A DNA stretch of 64,000 nt from Schmidtea polychroa (Eukaryota). The stretch spans positions 129,270,001 through 129,334,000 of the forward strand of contig CM097886.1 in the NCBI GenBank assembly GCA_044892525.1, given 5' to 3'. Shown here one piece after another: positions 24,831 through 38,189 of this stretch. The position numbers and the translations under genes were made by a program. Position 1 is the first letter of the stretch. Each line of letters begins with the position of its first letter. Under the pieces are notes generated by a model. The model was not told the origin of the DNA. It searched no databases and worked only from the letters and a program-made list of their open reading frames with translations.

Positions 24831-25401
24831 TCACAAGGTGCTTGGAGAAGCTCCAGCAAAGATTTCGTCGAGATCGAAAAAATCTCTAGCGTTTTCCTCC
24901 CAGGACGAGCTGGTGGGCGGGACTACCCGGAAGACAGGAGGAGAACGATGGGCAGGCTCCGTCTGTACAGATGTCTTCGGCTGGAACCGTCGGCTGGGAA
25001 ATATTCAAATGGCTTAGATAGGCCTGATTTACTGATTTGGTCAATGAGATCCCCGAGAAATGGTGGGTCGGGAATAGATTGTCCTCTTCAGCGAGTGGAA
25101 TATCCACTATTTTCTTAGTAACTGACGCTTGCACATACACCTTGTGCAGTGCTCCCGACTGTTCTTTGATTAGAGTGTGCAAAGCGCGGTTTTCTTCTAA
25201 TACGTCGTCTCGGCACTTCTCTACTCGGGTGAGTCTCGTCCTCACCTCCTTCATTTGTGCTGTGGAGAAATAAGTCCCTTCTAAATGATCCGATTTCTTT
25301 TTCAGGAGGCCATTTTGGGTCTGGAGAGTCTTTATCAGCTGATTTTTATCAGTGCAGGAGAAACATGGGCGCACGACAGTGGTGGCTGGAATCTTGGACA
25401 T
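24831..25401 (-). pseudogene. Orphan element ORF, copy 2 (internal ~175-nt deletion with frameshift)
   Basis: ORF 24886-25401 matches the copy 1 N-terminal half. The alternative frame to the TGA at 24831 encodes FRVVPPTSSSWEENARDFFDLDEIFAGASPSTL, matching the copy 1 C-terminus. Confidence 0.75.
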
Positions 25402-27252
25402 TTCTAAAACTGAAGGAAATTCTGTTAAAAATTAAGCCGTGTCTAGCAAGCTCACAACCACTACCATACTCATTGAGTATTACTCAATCAAACGTCACTT
25501 CATTGTAAAGGGAAATCATAATAGCTTAACCGAAAGATCAATTCGACCACATAAACCGTGCACCTACCAGAAAACTTCGGAATCTGGATAAATTACGACA
25601 ATCAGAAATTTCGCTAAAGGAGAATTTGGTCAAAAACCATTTTAAACACCTATGACATTCATGGGCGGGTTCCCGTTTATTACTGGGAAGTGAGCTATTC
25701 CCCAAAAAGTCAGACATGTTAAATTATTAAATTAAACATTTATTATTAAAGTAAATTTATTTATAAATTGAATTTTAGAAAAATTGACATTTGTGCCGTT
25801 CGATCGTCATTCGCGATCTTATCGGTGTAAAGTTGGTCAGCGGTCGTGTTCTATCATCATCGTACAGTTCGGTTAAATTCTCAGTGTGATATCATGGTGT
25901 GGTTAGTTTACGTGATATGTGAGTCTACGCCTCGATTCGGTGTGATTGGAATGCTGGTGGGCTTATCTGTTTTTCTAGTGCAGTCGCTGTTCATGTCGCT
26001 TTCATTATCAATCGTTTTTGTCTAAACGGTTTATCTATGCACGACCTTATGTGTGATTATGATAATTGTGAAAAAACTATTGTGGATTCTCACCAGTATA
26101 CGTTCGGTTAATGTCACTACCGAATAGTCGCCTTATTAAACAACCAAATTGACAAAGTTATCGGCCATGCCGTTCAGAGTGTCTAAACAGTTTGATTTTA
26201 CCACTGGGTATTTACCTAAAAGTAAATCATTAGTTGGTGGAGGTTAAGTTATTCTGAACGATGAGTTACTTGTATCGAGACTCGGTCTTTCGGTCTATTC
26301 TACTCCTAGTGTTCCTCAGCATAAGTTCACTGGTTCAACCTGGTTTCAACTCGAAATTGTTATCCGTTCTATGGCGATTTGAGTACCGGTGACGATTTTC
26401 GGCGAAAGTAGCAAATTTACTCAATTTATGATCCCTACAGCTCTAAGATAGTCTTGCCGTACATGACTTTCAGACGACTCAAAAACGACGATGGACATTA
26501 GATGCTCTATTTCTCTGAAATGGCACGAGACGAGTGACGTTTCCGCTACCTTACTCATTGCGAAGATTCACGATTAATCATGCTGAAAAATTATATTTAT
26601 ACTCCTTTCAATTTTACCATTTCATTTTTCCCTTTACGATTTTTAATTCATACTTCTTCCTCTGGTGACAGATCAGTGAGGAAACCCCCACGATGACCCG
26701 AGTTCAACCACTGCGCCGCTGAAGTAACATCCGACCTTCTGGCAAGAGGATCAACCAGTCTCCCTCAGCTGTGGCCAGCTGAACCTCAGCTGTGGCCAGC
26801 TGAACCTCAGCGTCGCGTAATACGTATGTCATCATTAAAGCATAATTCACTACACTCCTTTGATCAAATATTATGTAAAGCATATATGAAACACTAAAGA
26901 ATAATTTACTGAAAAATTTTCATCAATACTATAAATTTAATTAAAGGTGAACAAAGAAAATTCGAATCTCATCATAAAACTTTTAATTTAAATTAGATTG
27001 GTTTACACTACATCTTAAAATACCAAATTAAAATTTAACTTTTCTAAATTTCCCAATGTTGCTCCTTGATAAATCGAAATCGTTGAATCCCCTTGTGATT
27101 TGTGGTTAACGAATAAATTGCTTCGGAATTAGTCCTATCGATTGAAGTTGTTGATCCTTGAAATGTTTAGTTCACCTTAAATAATTGCTGGGTTAACACT
27201 CTGAAAACTTTTCTAAAATGCATGCTTACCTTAAATAATTGCTGGGTTAACA

Positions 27253-27903
27253 CAGTGGCGTATCTAGGGTTCACGGCGCCCGGGGCAAAACTTAAAATTG
27301 CGCCCCTCTCCACGTGAATTTTTTCTTTTCCTTATTATTGGTATATTATTTTTGCACTAAAGTGACATTTTTTTTTAAGAAAAAAAAATTATTATTTAAA
27401 AAAAATCAAAAATTTTCACTCTTTAAAATTGATTTGCAGCAGTTTTAAAAAAAATTAATTTAATTTTGCAACAAGTTAGTTTTAAACTTTATTTATTGTA
27501 ATAATTTACAAACAAATTTTTCGTGCTTTAACACTTGCGAACTTGTCAATGACATCATCAAAGTTAATTTTGTTCACAGTGTTTTTCTCAATACTTAATA
27601 ATGCCAAATTATTTAAACGTTCTTCACTCATTGTTGCTCGAAGATATGACAAAATTAATTTTAATTTGCTAAAGGAACGCTCGCATGTTGAAACAGAAAT
27701 ACCAATTGTCAAAAGAATTTGCAATGAAATTCTTAAATTTGGGAAAACATCTTCACCATAAGATATTAAAAATTTTAAAAGATCTATAGGTATTTTGGAA
27801 TTTCATCTTTTCGAGCATTAAGAAGCATTTTACAGTCAGTAACTTCATTGCATAGTTCGTTTTCATCAAATGCCCCGCTTGCCCGGCCCTAGATACGCTA
27901 CTG
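27253..27903 (-). mobile_element. Internally deleted hAT element (651 bp) with ZMYM1-like C-terminal fragment
   Basis: 17-bp TIRs CAGTGGCGTATCTAGGG / CCCTAGATACGCTACTG (16/17 match) and 8-bp TSD GGTTAACA (27245-52, 27904-11). ORF 27506-27724 (CERSFSKLKLI..YLRATM.EERLN.LALL) is a dimerisation domain. Confidence 0.95.
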
Positions 27904-28519
27904 GGTTAACACTGAAAATTTTATTTCAGTGTCTCCCTTATATACTTAATTTTGTGTTTATGCGGACCAATCAATATTGAGCGCGGTGTAATTTTTTAAT
28001 TTAATTCGGTTTCTTTGTTTTCCGTAGTTTTCTTGGTGTTTCCTTATTGTTTTTATTTTTTATTAATTTTCTATTATTTTACTATTTTTTCCGGTTTTCT
28101 TATCTTAATTTTTAATTTTTTGTTTTAATTCTCCTTAGCTAATTTGTTATTATTTATTCCTATTGTTTATTTGTCTGGATTTTTAATTTATTTTCGATTT
28201 GTTTCTGATTTTTATTTTATTTCCTCGTGTTTTCCTCTTATGCTTTTTAAATTATTACCTTTCCTTCCAGCCCAACACTTGTTTAAACATAAAAAAGAAT
28301 AAGATTGTACATTACAATAACTAATAATAAAGATAAATAAAAATAATTAGCACAAAAGTACGATATTTTTTAAATCAACAGGTTTGTTTTACACATTTCG
28401 TAAATATATATTAATATATATTTGTTGTCACTAGCAGAATATATCGAATACTGACGAAACATGAAAATAAGCACGTCTAAACAAGTTTATAAACGGTTAA
28501 ATTTTTATAGCTTCATAAA

Positions 28520-29584
28520 TAATCGTATACAATGTAAACTGAATTATTGTTACACACGGATGTAAGATGGCTTAGCCGTGCAGCATTTTTAAAACGATTT
28601 AGAGATCTTTTGCCCGGAATAAAACAGTTTTTGACTGGAAGAGAAGAATTATATCCCGAACTGGAGGATAAAAGTTGGCTGATAAATCTTGCTTTTCTTT
28701 GCGACATTACAGAGCACCTGAATAAATTAAATTTACAGCTTCAGGGGAGACACAAATCAATTCTTGACATGATAACGGCAGTAAAGACGTTTAAAGAGAA
28801 ACTGTACTTGTTTGTGCGTCAACTAGAACGGGGTGATTTGAAACATTTTAAAAACATGGAAGAAGAATCCAAAAATGCGCCAGGAATTCTTTACGATAAA
28901 TATACAAATAAAATTACTACCCTTTTAAATGAATTTAACACACGTTTCGCAGATTTATCTAAAATTGCAAATATTGCTATGTTCATGTCATTCCCGTTTA
29001 ATGATGTTATTGATACAGAGGAGACCGCTACTCAGATTAATGAATTTCTGGATTCAGATTCAGCTTGCTTAGAAGATGAGATAATAGCGTTGAAAAGCGA
29101 CATTTACTTAAAATCAAGAGCTACAACCGAAGATAATTTTTGGAATCTTATTTCAGAAGAAAAATATCCAATTTTGCGGAGAGTAGTTGGATATATGTCC
29201 GCATTTTTTGGATCCACCTATCTTTGTGAATCAGCCTTTTCTTCAATGAATGTCATTAAAACAAAACATCGATCTTGTTTGACAGATGATCATTTGGAAT
29301 CATGCTTGCGGATCGCCATAAGCTCCTATTGCCCGAAATACGAAGAACTTGCTGATAAGATGCAGTGCCACGTATCAGGTGCAAGTAGTAGCAGTAAATA
29401 ATATTATATTAAGATATGTTTACGTTCTAGTAAAGTATTATAAGTTTTTTTCTAATTCGTTTTGTATTTAAATAGAATAAATAGAATAACTACAGGTAAC
29501 AATTGAAAATAGTTTTTCTGGTAGACCGCCAGATTTAATTTAGTTAAAAGTCACCCGCAAGACTTGAAAGTTTTGCCACCCCTG
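28520..29584 (+). mobile_element. 5'-truncated hAT (GTF2IRD2/EPM2AIP1/Buster-like) transposase and right TIR
   Basis: ORF 28547-29401 contains HTDVRWLSR, HLNKLNLQLQG, FGSTYLCESAFS and RSCLTDDHLESCLRI. Terminus TTGCCACCCCTG at 29584. Confidence 0.85.
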
Positions 29585-30386
29585 GTATACATTGACATAT
29601 TCATTTCACATTCTTTGGTTACAGTTTATTTTTCAGAAGATGAAAAGCCGTTATTTTATAAATATCGTATTGATATGAATTTATTTATATTGTCCGATTA
29701 ATATTTTGGCGCCCCTTTAACTCTAGCGCCCAGTCAGACCGCTCGTTAATTTACTAGTGATCAATAAAATCAGAATTTTTTAGAAAATTAAATTTTATTG
29801 AAACTTAGACATAACAGTCGTTTTTATGTTTTTAATTATTTATGAAAGTTTTTATCAAACAGACATAATTCAACTTTACATGAGCTGATCGACCGTTTGG
29901 TTCGGCTCAGTTCAGTACGCCTACTTCAAAAAGCATACTTTCTCAATGTACCATATTGGCATTATCGTAAAATTTTAAATTCATAAAATCAATTATTAAA
30001 TTAAGTTTAACATAAAATTTACGGAAATCTGTCTTCAATCCCCGAATCCTCCTGGGCATACTTCCATCTTAAAATAAATAGGCTTCCTTGCGTCCAGACC
30101 GTCCATAAGTCATATTGCTTTTCATTTTTGTGATAAAAAAAATTTTCTAATTTCCATGTTTTTTAATTTCCTGAAATTAATTAATTATTTAACAAATAAT
30201 TACTTGTAATGATGTAATCGATTCATCTGTGATTATGATTATGCAAGCTAGATTATATATTCACCACATATGTTGAGAAAAGCTGAAAAAATGAAATAAA
30301 AAAAATTTAATGGCCATAAAATTATACCTGACATTCGTCGATTGCCCACTCGAATAGTGATCAAATATTTCAAATATTCAAAAAAT

Positions 30387-30480
30387 GTCCACAACACCTC
30401 GTATTTCCAGGCGGTCACCCATCCAAGTACTAATGAGGCATTAACCTGCTTAACTTCCGAGATCGAACGAGATCGGGTGA
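30387..30480 (-). rRNA. 5S rRNA copy lacking its 5' ~25 nt (probable pseudogene)
   Basis: Minus strand CACCCGATCTCGTTCGATCTCGGAAGTTAAGCAGG...TTAGTACTTGGATGGGTGACCGCCTGGAAATACGAGGTGTTGTGGAC followed by a T6 Pol III terminator. The upstream bases cannot form the terminal helix. Confidence 0.85.
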
Positions 30481-30897
30481 ACCGTAAAAGTTTATTATAA
30501 CAAATTTGAGTTTTTTGTACAAGCGGACAATGATTAACATGGAGCACGCCATTCAGATAATAACAAAACCAAAAGAGTCAGAAAGATGTCAAATTATCAC
30601 AAATGTTTGAGAGTTTTTCGACTCAATTGTTAATGCTTCTTTTCTGAACTGTCCTCGGCTCTGATTTGTGGAATTGTCATCGGAACATTAGAATTGATTG
30701 TCCGGCTTTGCACATCGACGAATATATTCGGTTGATCATGATGTTTCTCAAGAGATACTTAATTTTTAATTTTACTTTGTTCTTGAGATCTTCTCTTCCT
30801 TATAAGTCTTTCCGTGTCTGTTCCTACAAGACCTGTAGCAATGAGCATCTGAAATGTCTTCTAATCAATGTTATTTATCTTTTGAGTCTTGCTGGTA

Positions 30898-32465
30898 CAG
30901 TGGCGAGCAAAAGTTTTTGCTAGTGATGCATAAAATCAGATATTCATTAATATATATTTATGTATGTTTCGTACGAAGACCAATTTTCTCAAGAATGTTA
31001 AATGTTAACAATGTAATGTAATAGTAAAGAAATATTTTTAAAAATTGCATTTGTTTGAATTTATTAAAGCATTGAAGTATAACTTCGCTAATTTTAAGCG
31101 AGCAAAAGTTTATGTTAGAAATTGAAAAGTTTAAAATGGTTGCGACATATCATTTACTTTGTGACAAAACTTTTCTAATAAAATACATAGATAATTAATA
31201 TTTAGAATGCATTCCACAATTTTTAATAATGTCATTTAGTCTCTTTGGGATTGATCTGTATAGATCAAATATCATTTGGCCCGGTATTAAGTTCCATTCT
31301 GTTAAAATAATGCCCCATAATCCGATAGATGTTTTCGGAGTTCTTTTATATACTTTTATATCCTTCAAGATCGACCATAAATTTTCTATTATGTTTATGT
31401 CAGGTGATTTTGTGGACCAATCACTTATGACGCAAATACCTTTCCTAACAAGAAATTCTGTAGTAGACTTCGAACGATGGCATGAAGCACCGTCTTGCAT
31501 AAAAATAATTTCCGGAGAATAAAGGTCTCTAAGGCCTACTTCAATAACAGTTTGATAAGCAGCAGAATCAATCTTCTCGGACATTTTATCAACATTCGTT
31601 TTCCATTCCCTAAAATAGCTCCCCACACTAATATTGAAATACCTCGTCGCACTGTTTTACACGTATACTTGTTCTTAAAACAACTTTTTATAGGTCTTCG
31701 TACATAACGACGCTGAGTGGTATATAAGTCAAACCGTACCTCATCAGTAAACATTACATTATTCTAATTATAGGTCTTGTTCCAATTAATAATTTATAAG
31801 ATTTGTACCAAGATATTCGTTTTCGAGTTTGAACCTTATTTAAAAGCGGTTTCTTAGCTCCTAATCTTCCATATAAGGCAGTTTTTCTTAAAATTCGTCG
31901 AACTGTCAAAATTGACAATTTCTCGTTCGTTTTTATCTCTCGAGATATTCAAAGTGATTTCTTTTTGAATGAATTTAAATTGATCTTCTCTCTCTTTCCG
32001 TAGATTTCAATGGGCGTCCTCTCTGCTGTTGATTTTTAACTAATCCACATCGTAAATACTTTCGCCATATGTAACTTATAGTTGTTTGCTTCACAAAAAG
32101 CATTTTAGACACCTCCATTTGTGTTTTGCCTTTCAGTAACTTATCTACTATTAATTCCTTAATTTCTTCAGAAATATTTGGCATTTCTAAAAGATATATT
32201 AAATGGTTATAAAATAAATATAAAAAATTAATTATCAATCAAAAATATATGAAAACATTATATAGAATAAATTTCTAGCAAAAACCTTTGCTCGCTTAAA
32301 ATTAGCAAACTTAATGCTTTAATAAAAAAATGCAACTTTTACATTATTAACATTACATTATTAACATTTAACATTCTTGAGAAGATTGGTCTTCGTACGA
32401 AATATAAATAAATATATATTAATGAATATCTGATTTTATGTACCACTAGCAAAAACCTTTTCTCA
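30898..32465 (-). mobile_element. Tc1-family element with long IR/DR-type terminal repeats and fragmented transposase
   Basis: TA|CAGTGGCGAGCAAAAG start, ~200-240 bp inverted repeats each with two GCGAGCAAAAG/TAGCAAAAAC motifs. ORFs 31975-32238 (HTH, GRP), 31536-31754 (FTDEVRF, LVWGAI) and 31195-31626 (QDGAS, SPDINIIENLW). The right outer end is degenerate. Confidence 0.9.
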
Positions 32466-32499
32466 CATTTATAATTGATCATTTATAATGAGGATTTAT

Positions 32500-33070
32500 A
32501 ATGAGGATTTATAATTGCTACGTCTAATAAATGCCAAAATCGTTTTGGACACCATTTTTGGCAATTGATACAGCATCATGTAATTTGTAATGCTCAGAAA
32601 AAGTTTTTGATATTATATTTACAAATGGTTGAACTGTGTATAACTTGTCATAATAAGGTTCTCCTCGCTTTGGTTGAACTGAATTATCGTTTAAGTGGAA
32701 ATTTCCAAAAATAAAATCAAACCTATGCCTACTCATAATTTGGAATATGTTCGAATTTCTCAGCTATTAGCGCGCTGCCCATTAGTCTTTATAACTGGGA
32801 AGTGTTTTTATTCCCATTAAGATATTTATAACAAGAAACATTTTCATTTTTTTGGTATTTGTGGGAGTAGCCGGTTTTTGACTTTGTATTGCATATAAAT
32901 TAGTTTGAAACACAATGTATTTCATGAGTTCATCAGGAAATAAACCTTTTCAATGGACGATTCTATGTCATCTGGAATATTAATGTCCTGTATTTTCTGT
33001 AAAAGTGAAATTTTCAAATGTTGGCATTGATTTTATATATACAGTTGACTCTTCATCTTCTTCGTCGTAT
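32500..33070 (-). mobile_element. piggyBac (PGBD4-like) transposase relic
   Basis: ORF 32524-32736 MSRHRFDFIFGNFHLNDN...DKLYTVQPF. Confidence 0.7.
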
Positions 33071-33120
33071 AAACTGATTTATTTCCAGAAGGTATTTATT
33101 CAATCAAATTTATATATAAC

Positions 33121-33456
33121 CAGTGGTGTATTGGGGGAACGCGTCCCGTTACTTTTTTAGTAGTCATTTTTTTACTGACCAGCAAACTAAAAGAGGAGGG
33201 TCAAATGATGAAATTGTGTGTTATCCTATTTTGGAGTTTTTGTAGTACACTATAAGTGTACTACATAAAAAAATAATATCTTTAAGATTATTTTTATCTT
33301 TTTTCGAATTTCTTATTTTTGTGTTTGTTAATATTTTGTATAGTAGGAATAAAAAAAAATAAAAAACTTACAGGAAGCTGCTTGTGGAAAGTCACGGACT
33401 ATTTTTTTTCTCTCACCATGCGTTCCGTTACTTCTTATTTTACCAATACACCAATC
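33121..33456. mobile_element. hAT MITE (336 bp)
   Basis: TIR CAGTGGTGTATTGG / CCAATACACCAATC, 8-bp TSD TATATAAC (33113-20, 33457-64). Confidence 0.8.
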
Positions 33457-33561
33457 TATATAACTCGTAAGCCATATTTTCTAATTTATGAAAGGAAAAT
33501 TGTTTTTTTAACAAAATATTATACATCAACTACATCATTCAAGTTGCCTTGTGACATATAG

Positions 33562-35590
33562 CAGGGGTGGCCAACATTTTCTTCCATAAGAGCCAAAAAC
33601 CGTAATCTTAAATTATGGAGAGCCATATTTTTACATAAATGTATTTTAACCAATCATTAATTTCAAAAATTTATTTATTATTCAGTATCAAATGTCTCTT
33701 TTTTGGGATTGCATTTTGGCTGCAAATTTATTAAAATCTGGCTTATAATTTGTTATTGCAATGCGAAGAAGTTCGGATAAGTGTTCATTTGTTAGATGCG
33801 AGCGATGTTTTGACTTAATATGCTTCATTGCAGAATACAAAGATTTACAACAGTAGGCCGTTCCAAACATTGCGATTATTTTTAAGGTGGCCTTTTTCAA
33901 ATGTGGGTATTTAGATTCAGTAACAAGTTTCCAAAATTTTATTGGAGACACTATCGATATATGATGCATTTTTAATCCAAGATCTTCTTGCATGTCAATC
34001 AATTCTAATTCTGCAGTAGTTGTTATAGGTAAAATACTTTGTATAATTGAAAATCCTTTGTTGATTACATCAATTTCAAATAGATTTACCAAAAAATCGA
34101 TGCATAATTTAAATTTTCTTAAATCTTCAAATCTCAATGCAAAATCATTTATTAATTCCTGTAATTTATCTATATGCTCTTCAAGTTTTGTATCTTTGAT
34201 TTGTGAAATGACTGAAAATGACTGAAAGTTTTCGAAATCAAATCGTTTTTGAACAGTTTTAATTTTCTTTTAAGATTAAAAATCGCCTGGGTGAGATCAA
34301 CGATAGTTTTTTCCTTTCCTTGTAATTTTAAATTGAGTGATTGTAGATGTTCCATAGTATCAGTTAAGAACATTAAATCTTGTAGCCAGTAAGTTTCTTC
34401 TAATTGTGAATAAAAGTTTTGCTTTTTTTGAAGAAAATCATTGATTGGGCCAATTAAATCACAGAAACGAATTAATATATTATATGTAGATAACCATCTC
34501 ACAATAGAATAGAACGGCAACTCATTAGGATGGTCATCAAATTCTAATTCTTCACAAAACATTTAAATTGCCTATGATTTTTTGAATTTGTTCGAATATA
34601 ATTAACAACCTTAAGAACTGTTTTCATAACATTGCCATACTTGGCTATTAAATTTTTACGGTGAATAATATAATGAACAGATATAAAATCAGGTATTCTC
34701 GGATCACTTTTTAATAGATCAACAAGACCTATATTTTTACATAACATCGCAGATCCACCATCGGTTGCTACGCATTTTTTAATATCAACTATTAGCTGTT
34801 CTACACAATCTCTACTCATTTAAGAAACACGTCTCTCGGTTGCATGGAGTGAAACCAGAATTTTTCCAACCAACCTATGTAATTTGGTATTATTATAATC
34901 TAGCACATATTTTATTTTATAAATTCACCTTCTGTATACCGGCGTTTAGTTCGTGCAATATTCCGGGGTATGACGTAACTAGCCTCGGCTACAAAAATAC
35001 TCTCACCAGTAAATGATGAAAACAAATTCTGCTGGAAACTTAGTTTGAACGAATTCATTTTGGTAGTTCTTATAATGGTATTATAGCGATATGTGATAAT
35101 ACAACTTCCGTTTTACGATAATTGCTTTGAATTGGAAAAGTGCCTGATTGTAAATAAGACATGTTGGTTTACCGTTTCCTTCAATAAAACCATAATTATC
35201 CCAATATTTTAATTTAAAGCTTCTATTTTCTTCTTCATATTTCCTTTTCTTGTTTTCTGTCATATTGACGATATAATTAATGCATGTCAAAAAATAAAAA
35301 ATTTTGTTTGAAAAGGATGTGGTTGTTAAAGGCTGTAAACAAAACCAAATTGTTATTAAAGTATTTTATTCAATTTTGATTATAATAATTCAAATTAAGT
35401 TTTATTAGTGGTTTGCATAACTTATGGAAATAACATGGAAAGCCAATTTATGTTTAAAATATAATTAAAATGATTTTGGTTATTCATAAACGAAGTTGTT
35501 CCTAATTTCAGAAAAAAATTAAATTTTAAAAATCGATGAATTTTCTGCGACTCTAAGGAGCCGCATGAAATATGTTGAAGAGCTACATCC
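33562..35590 (-). mobile_element. hAT (GTF2IRD2/SPIN-like) element with fragmented transposase
   Basis: TIR CAGGGGTGGCCAAC at 33562 and GAGCCGCATG subterminal motif near 35560. ORFs 35081-35290, 34544-34819 (VATDGG), 34170-34562 (VRWLS, LNLKLQG) and 33688-34137 (MFGTAYCCKSLYS). Confidence 0.85.
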
Positions 35591-35891
35591 TCCACTTCCC
35601 GTGTATCGAAAAAACAAATTTTACATTAAAAATTGTTTTATATTAAACATTCATTAAATTAATTAAATTTTAAGAATTACATAAATACCTTAAAAGTTAA
35701 ACATAAAAATAAAAGTTAAAAAATTAATTCAACTCATTTTGGTAAATCTAAAAATATTTATTAATTTTTATTTTATGTTTTCCTTTAAACTTACTACATT
35801 TAGATTGTAGTTTTTACCTACATTATGTGAAAAACGATAATTAATTTTTTTTATAAATTTTCTGTTACTTACATTTTTATATTTAAAACAG

Positions 35892-37060
35892 TTAAAGTTT
35901 TCTAGCCTTTTGTTTAGCAAAGTCAGCAACGCCATCTTCAACATTAATGTTTTCGGCTATTTCACCTTCAATTAACAGTGTCGCCAAGCCTATAAGCCGT
36001 TCTTGAGTCATTATTGAACGAAGATAAGTTTTTATTAATTTAAGTTTTGAAAAACTTCTTTCGCAAATGCTACTGTAACCGGTAAAAAGTTTTCTTAAAC
36101 TAATAAATATCGGACAATTTTTTTTCATAAATAAAATGTAGGACCTCATTCGGTGACGAATTTTGTTCAACGCGTTTTGAAATAGATTGTAGCTCATTAC
36201 ATAAATCAACTGCTTCAATGTCGATTCAAGCTTAGTACACGACGCATACAATTCCTGTGTTGTTGCTTTTTGTAGGCTGTGAATGTAAAAAAAAATCCAA
36301 AAACTTACTCAAGATTTTACATCTGTTCAAATCGATCTTTAACAAAGTTAATTGCTTTATCAACTACTACAAACTAAAAATTAACTTTACAATTTTCCTG
36401 AGGGTCTTGGATAACATTATTTTGCGATTCATATGAAAATTGTCTTTTTTTTAACCAAATGCAAGGTGGTTTTCGCTCAAATTCCGTTGCAAAGTCATTT
36501 TCCTTAGCAAGCTCATAAGCATCTACTAAAACTCTGTTAAATTCAATATCACTTCTAAAATTCTCCAAAAAAATTTTCGCATTCTTTAATTGTTGGGTAG
36601 GTTATTAAACATTTAATTTTTTTTTCTTCATTTATTTTGTTGGTTATGTTAATTTCAAACAATATTTTATACGATATTGTAATTTGGACAACAAAAATTA
36701 AATTTAAAAATTTTTGTAGCTTAAACCCTGTGCTTTTGAACGTGTTGGTTCTCCAATAGTACCAACCAAAATTTTATCGTCAGAGATATCCATAAGGGAA
36801 TCGTATATATTTCCCAATTCGTAATGCAATGGCTTCAAAGCACCAATTCAACTTTCCCATCTTGTATTACTTAGTGGTTTAACAGTCAACGTCTTAACGT
36901 ACCGCACCAAAAAGTCCCATCTACGTGTTGAACCCGAAAAAAAGTATATATTCCTTGTACTATATCAAAAATTTTTACAACTTCTACAAAACACTTTGCA
37001 GCGTCATTAACAACCAAATTTAATGAATGTGAATTGGCTTTTTCTCGAGTTTTTTGAAAT
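35892..37060 (-). mobile_element. ZMYM1-like hAT transposase relic
   Basis: HSLNLVVNDAAK (36886-37185), FSYES (36374-36568) and CERSFSKLKLIKTYLRS.MTQERL (35892-36251). Confidence 0.8.
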
Positions 37061-37149
37061 AATTTCTTGCCATTTTCTATGTGAATGTCATCGGTGGGCC
37101 CGTCATCGTGGAAGATTTCGTTGATTAAAGATGTGATTGATCCAAATAG

Positions 37150-37450
37150 CATCTGGGCTCTACTTGGTTTTGAAAAAAATTGCATTTTTAAAATTTAAGT
37201 TGTAGTTTATGACCGTGTAATAATTGTAGTGTTTTCGTAAGATGAATATTGCGTGTTTGTGTATCTTTTGACGCAATAATTATAACGTACATATATAATG
37301 ATGTGATCATTACCTTTTAAAACTTGGTCAATGTGGTGTTGAAATGTTTGTGCCGCATTGCGAAATCCAAAGGGGATTTCTAGATATTCGAATAAACCAA
37401 ATGGTGTTGTGACTGCGATTTTCCCATTAAATAACTAGCAACGGAATTTT
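37150..37450 (-). mobile_element. Ty3/gypsy reverse-transcriptase fragment
   Basis: Manual translation KIAVTTPFGLFEYLEIPFGFRNAAQTFQHHIDQVLKG matches the gypsy RT TAxxTPFGLFEFxxMPFGLxNAxxTFQ motif. Confidence 0.8.
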
Positions 37451-37609
37451 GATGATACGAATTTTTTAAATCGACTATTGAAAATATTATACATCCAGCA
37501 AATCTTTGGAGAATATCTGAAATGAGTTTTATTAGACAAGAATATTATATAATTATGTAAAATATAAAACTAGGTAATAATAATTTTTTTATTACAACTG
37601 TTAAGTATT

Positions 37610-37830
37610 ATAATTGTTATGTGTTATAATTGCTAAAGAGAAATTTGTTGGACCCAGCAGAGTCACCTTTAAAATCTGCATTGGGACTACTGTGGTGCGC
37701 GTGAGTTTACTTTTCAATTATAATTAACACTTCAATTATATTATGTAATTGTAACTAAATAAATGTATACAACTTTTATTAAATAAAAAAACAATAAAGA
37801 AATAATCTATCTCCATCCAGCTTGGGGCAT
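37610..37830. mobile_element. Partial member of the CAGAGTCACC/GGGAC LTR-like repeat family
   Basis: TGTTATA...CCCAGCAGAGTCACC...GGGACTACTGTGGTGCGCGTG resembles 23709-23790 and 41590-41670. Confidence 0.45.
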
Positions 37831-38189
37831 AATAATTTTTAAACTTTTCCGGAATATAATTGTAATAGGAATTTAATTTTTATGTATATAATTTCCAAGG
37901 ATATATCGGAGTTTACCGAAAAATGAGGTTTTTAAGAAAAAATTAAAAATCCGAAAGTAAGACCGGTATTATTTTTGGAGAATTAGATTAAATAATAAAA
38001 ATTAAAAAAAATAATGATTTAAAATTTATTCATTAGAACTGCTTGATAAATCACAAATTTCTTCCGAATCTTCATTAGTTAACAAAATAGTTTTAAATTT
38101 TTGAATATATTTTTCAATCTCAATTGCTTTATTCTGCTCAAAAACACCAGATAAGCTAAAACTTCTTATAATTGATTCTCTATCAATCG

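Larger units (their letters stand above)
24220..28277 (-). mobile_element. Unclassified element, copy 2 (3399 bp after removing the nested hAT)
   Basis: CTTG|TGCTGGG (24220) ... CCCAACA|CTTG (28277) gives a 4-bp TSD. The 5' block, ORF, GC-rich block and right end are homologous to copy 1. Confidence 0.85.

Noticed and set aside
26041-26100. RPYVCDYDNCEK zinc-finger-like peptide in element copy 2
   Set aside because: It needs an assumed 2-nt insertion, lacks the paired His residues and is not seen in the other copies.
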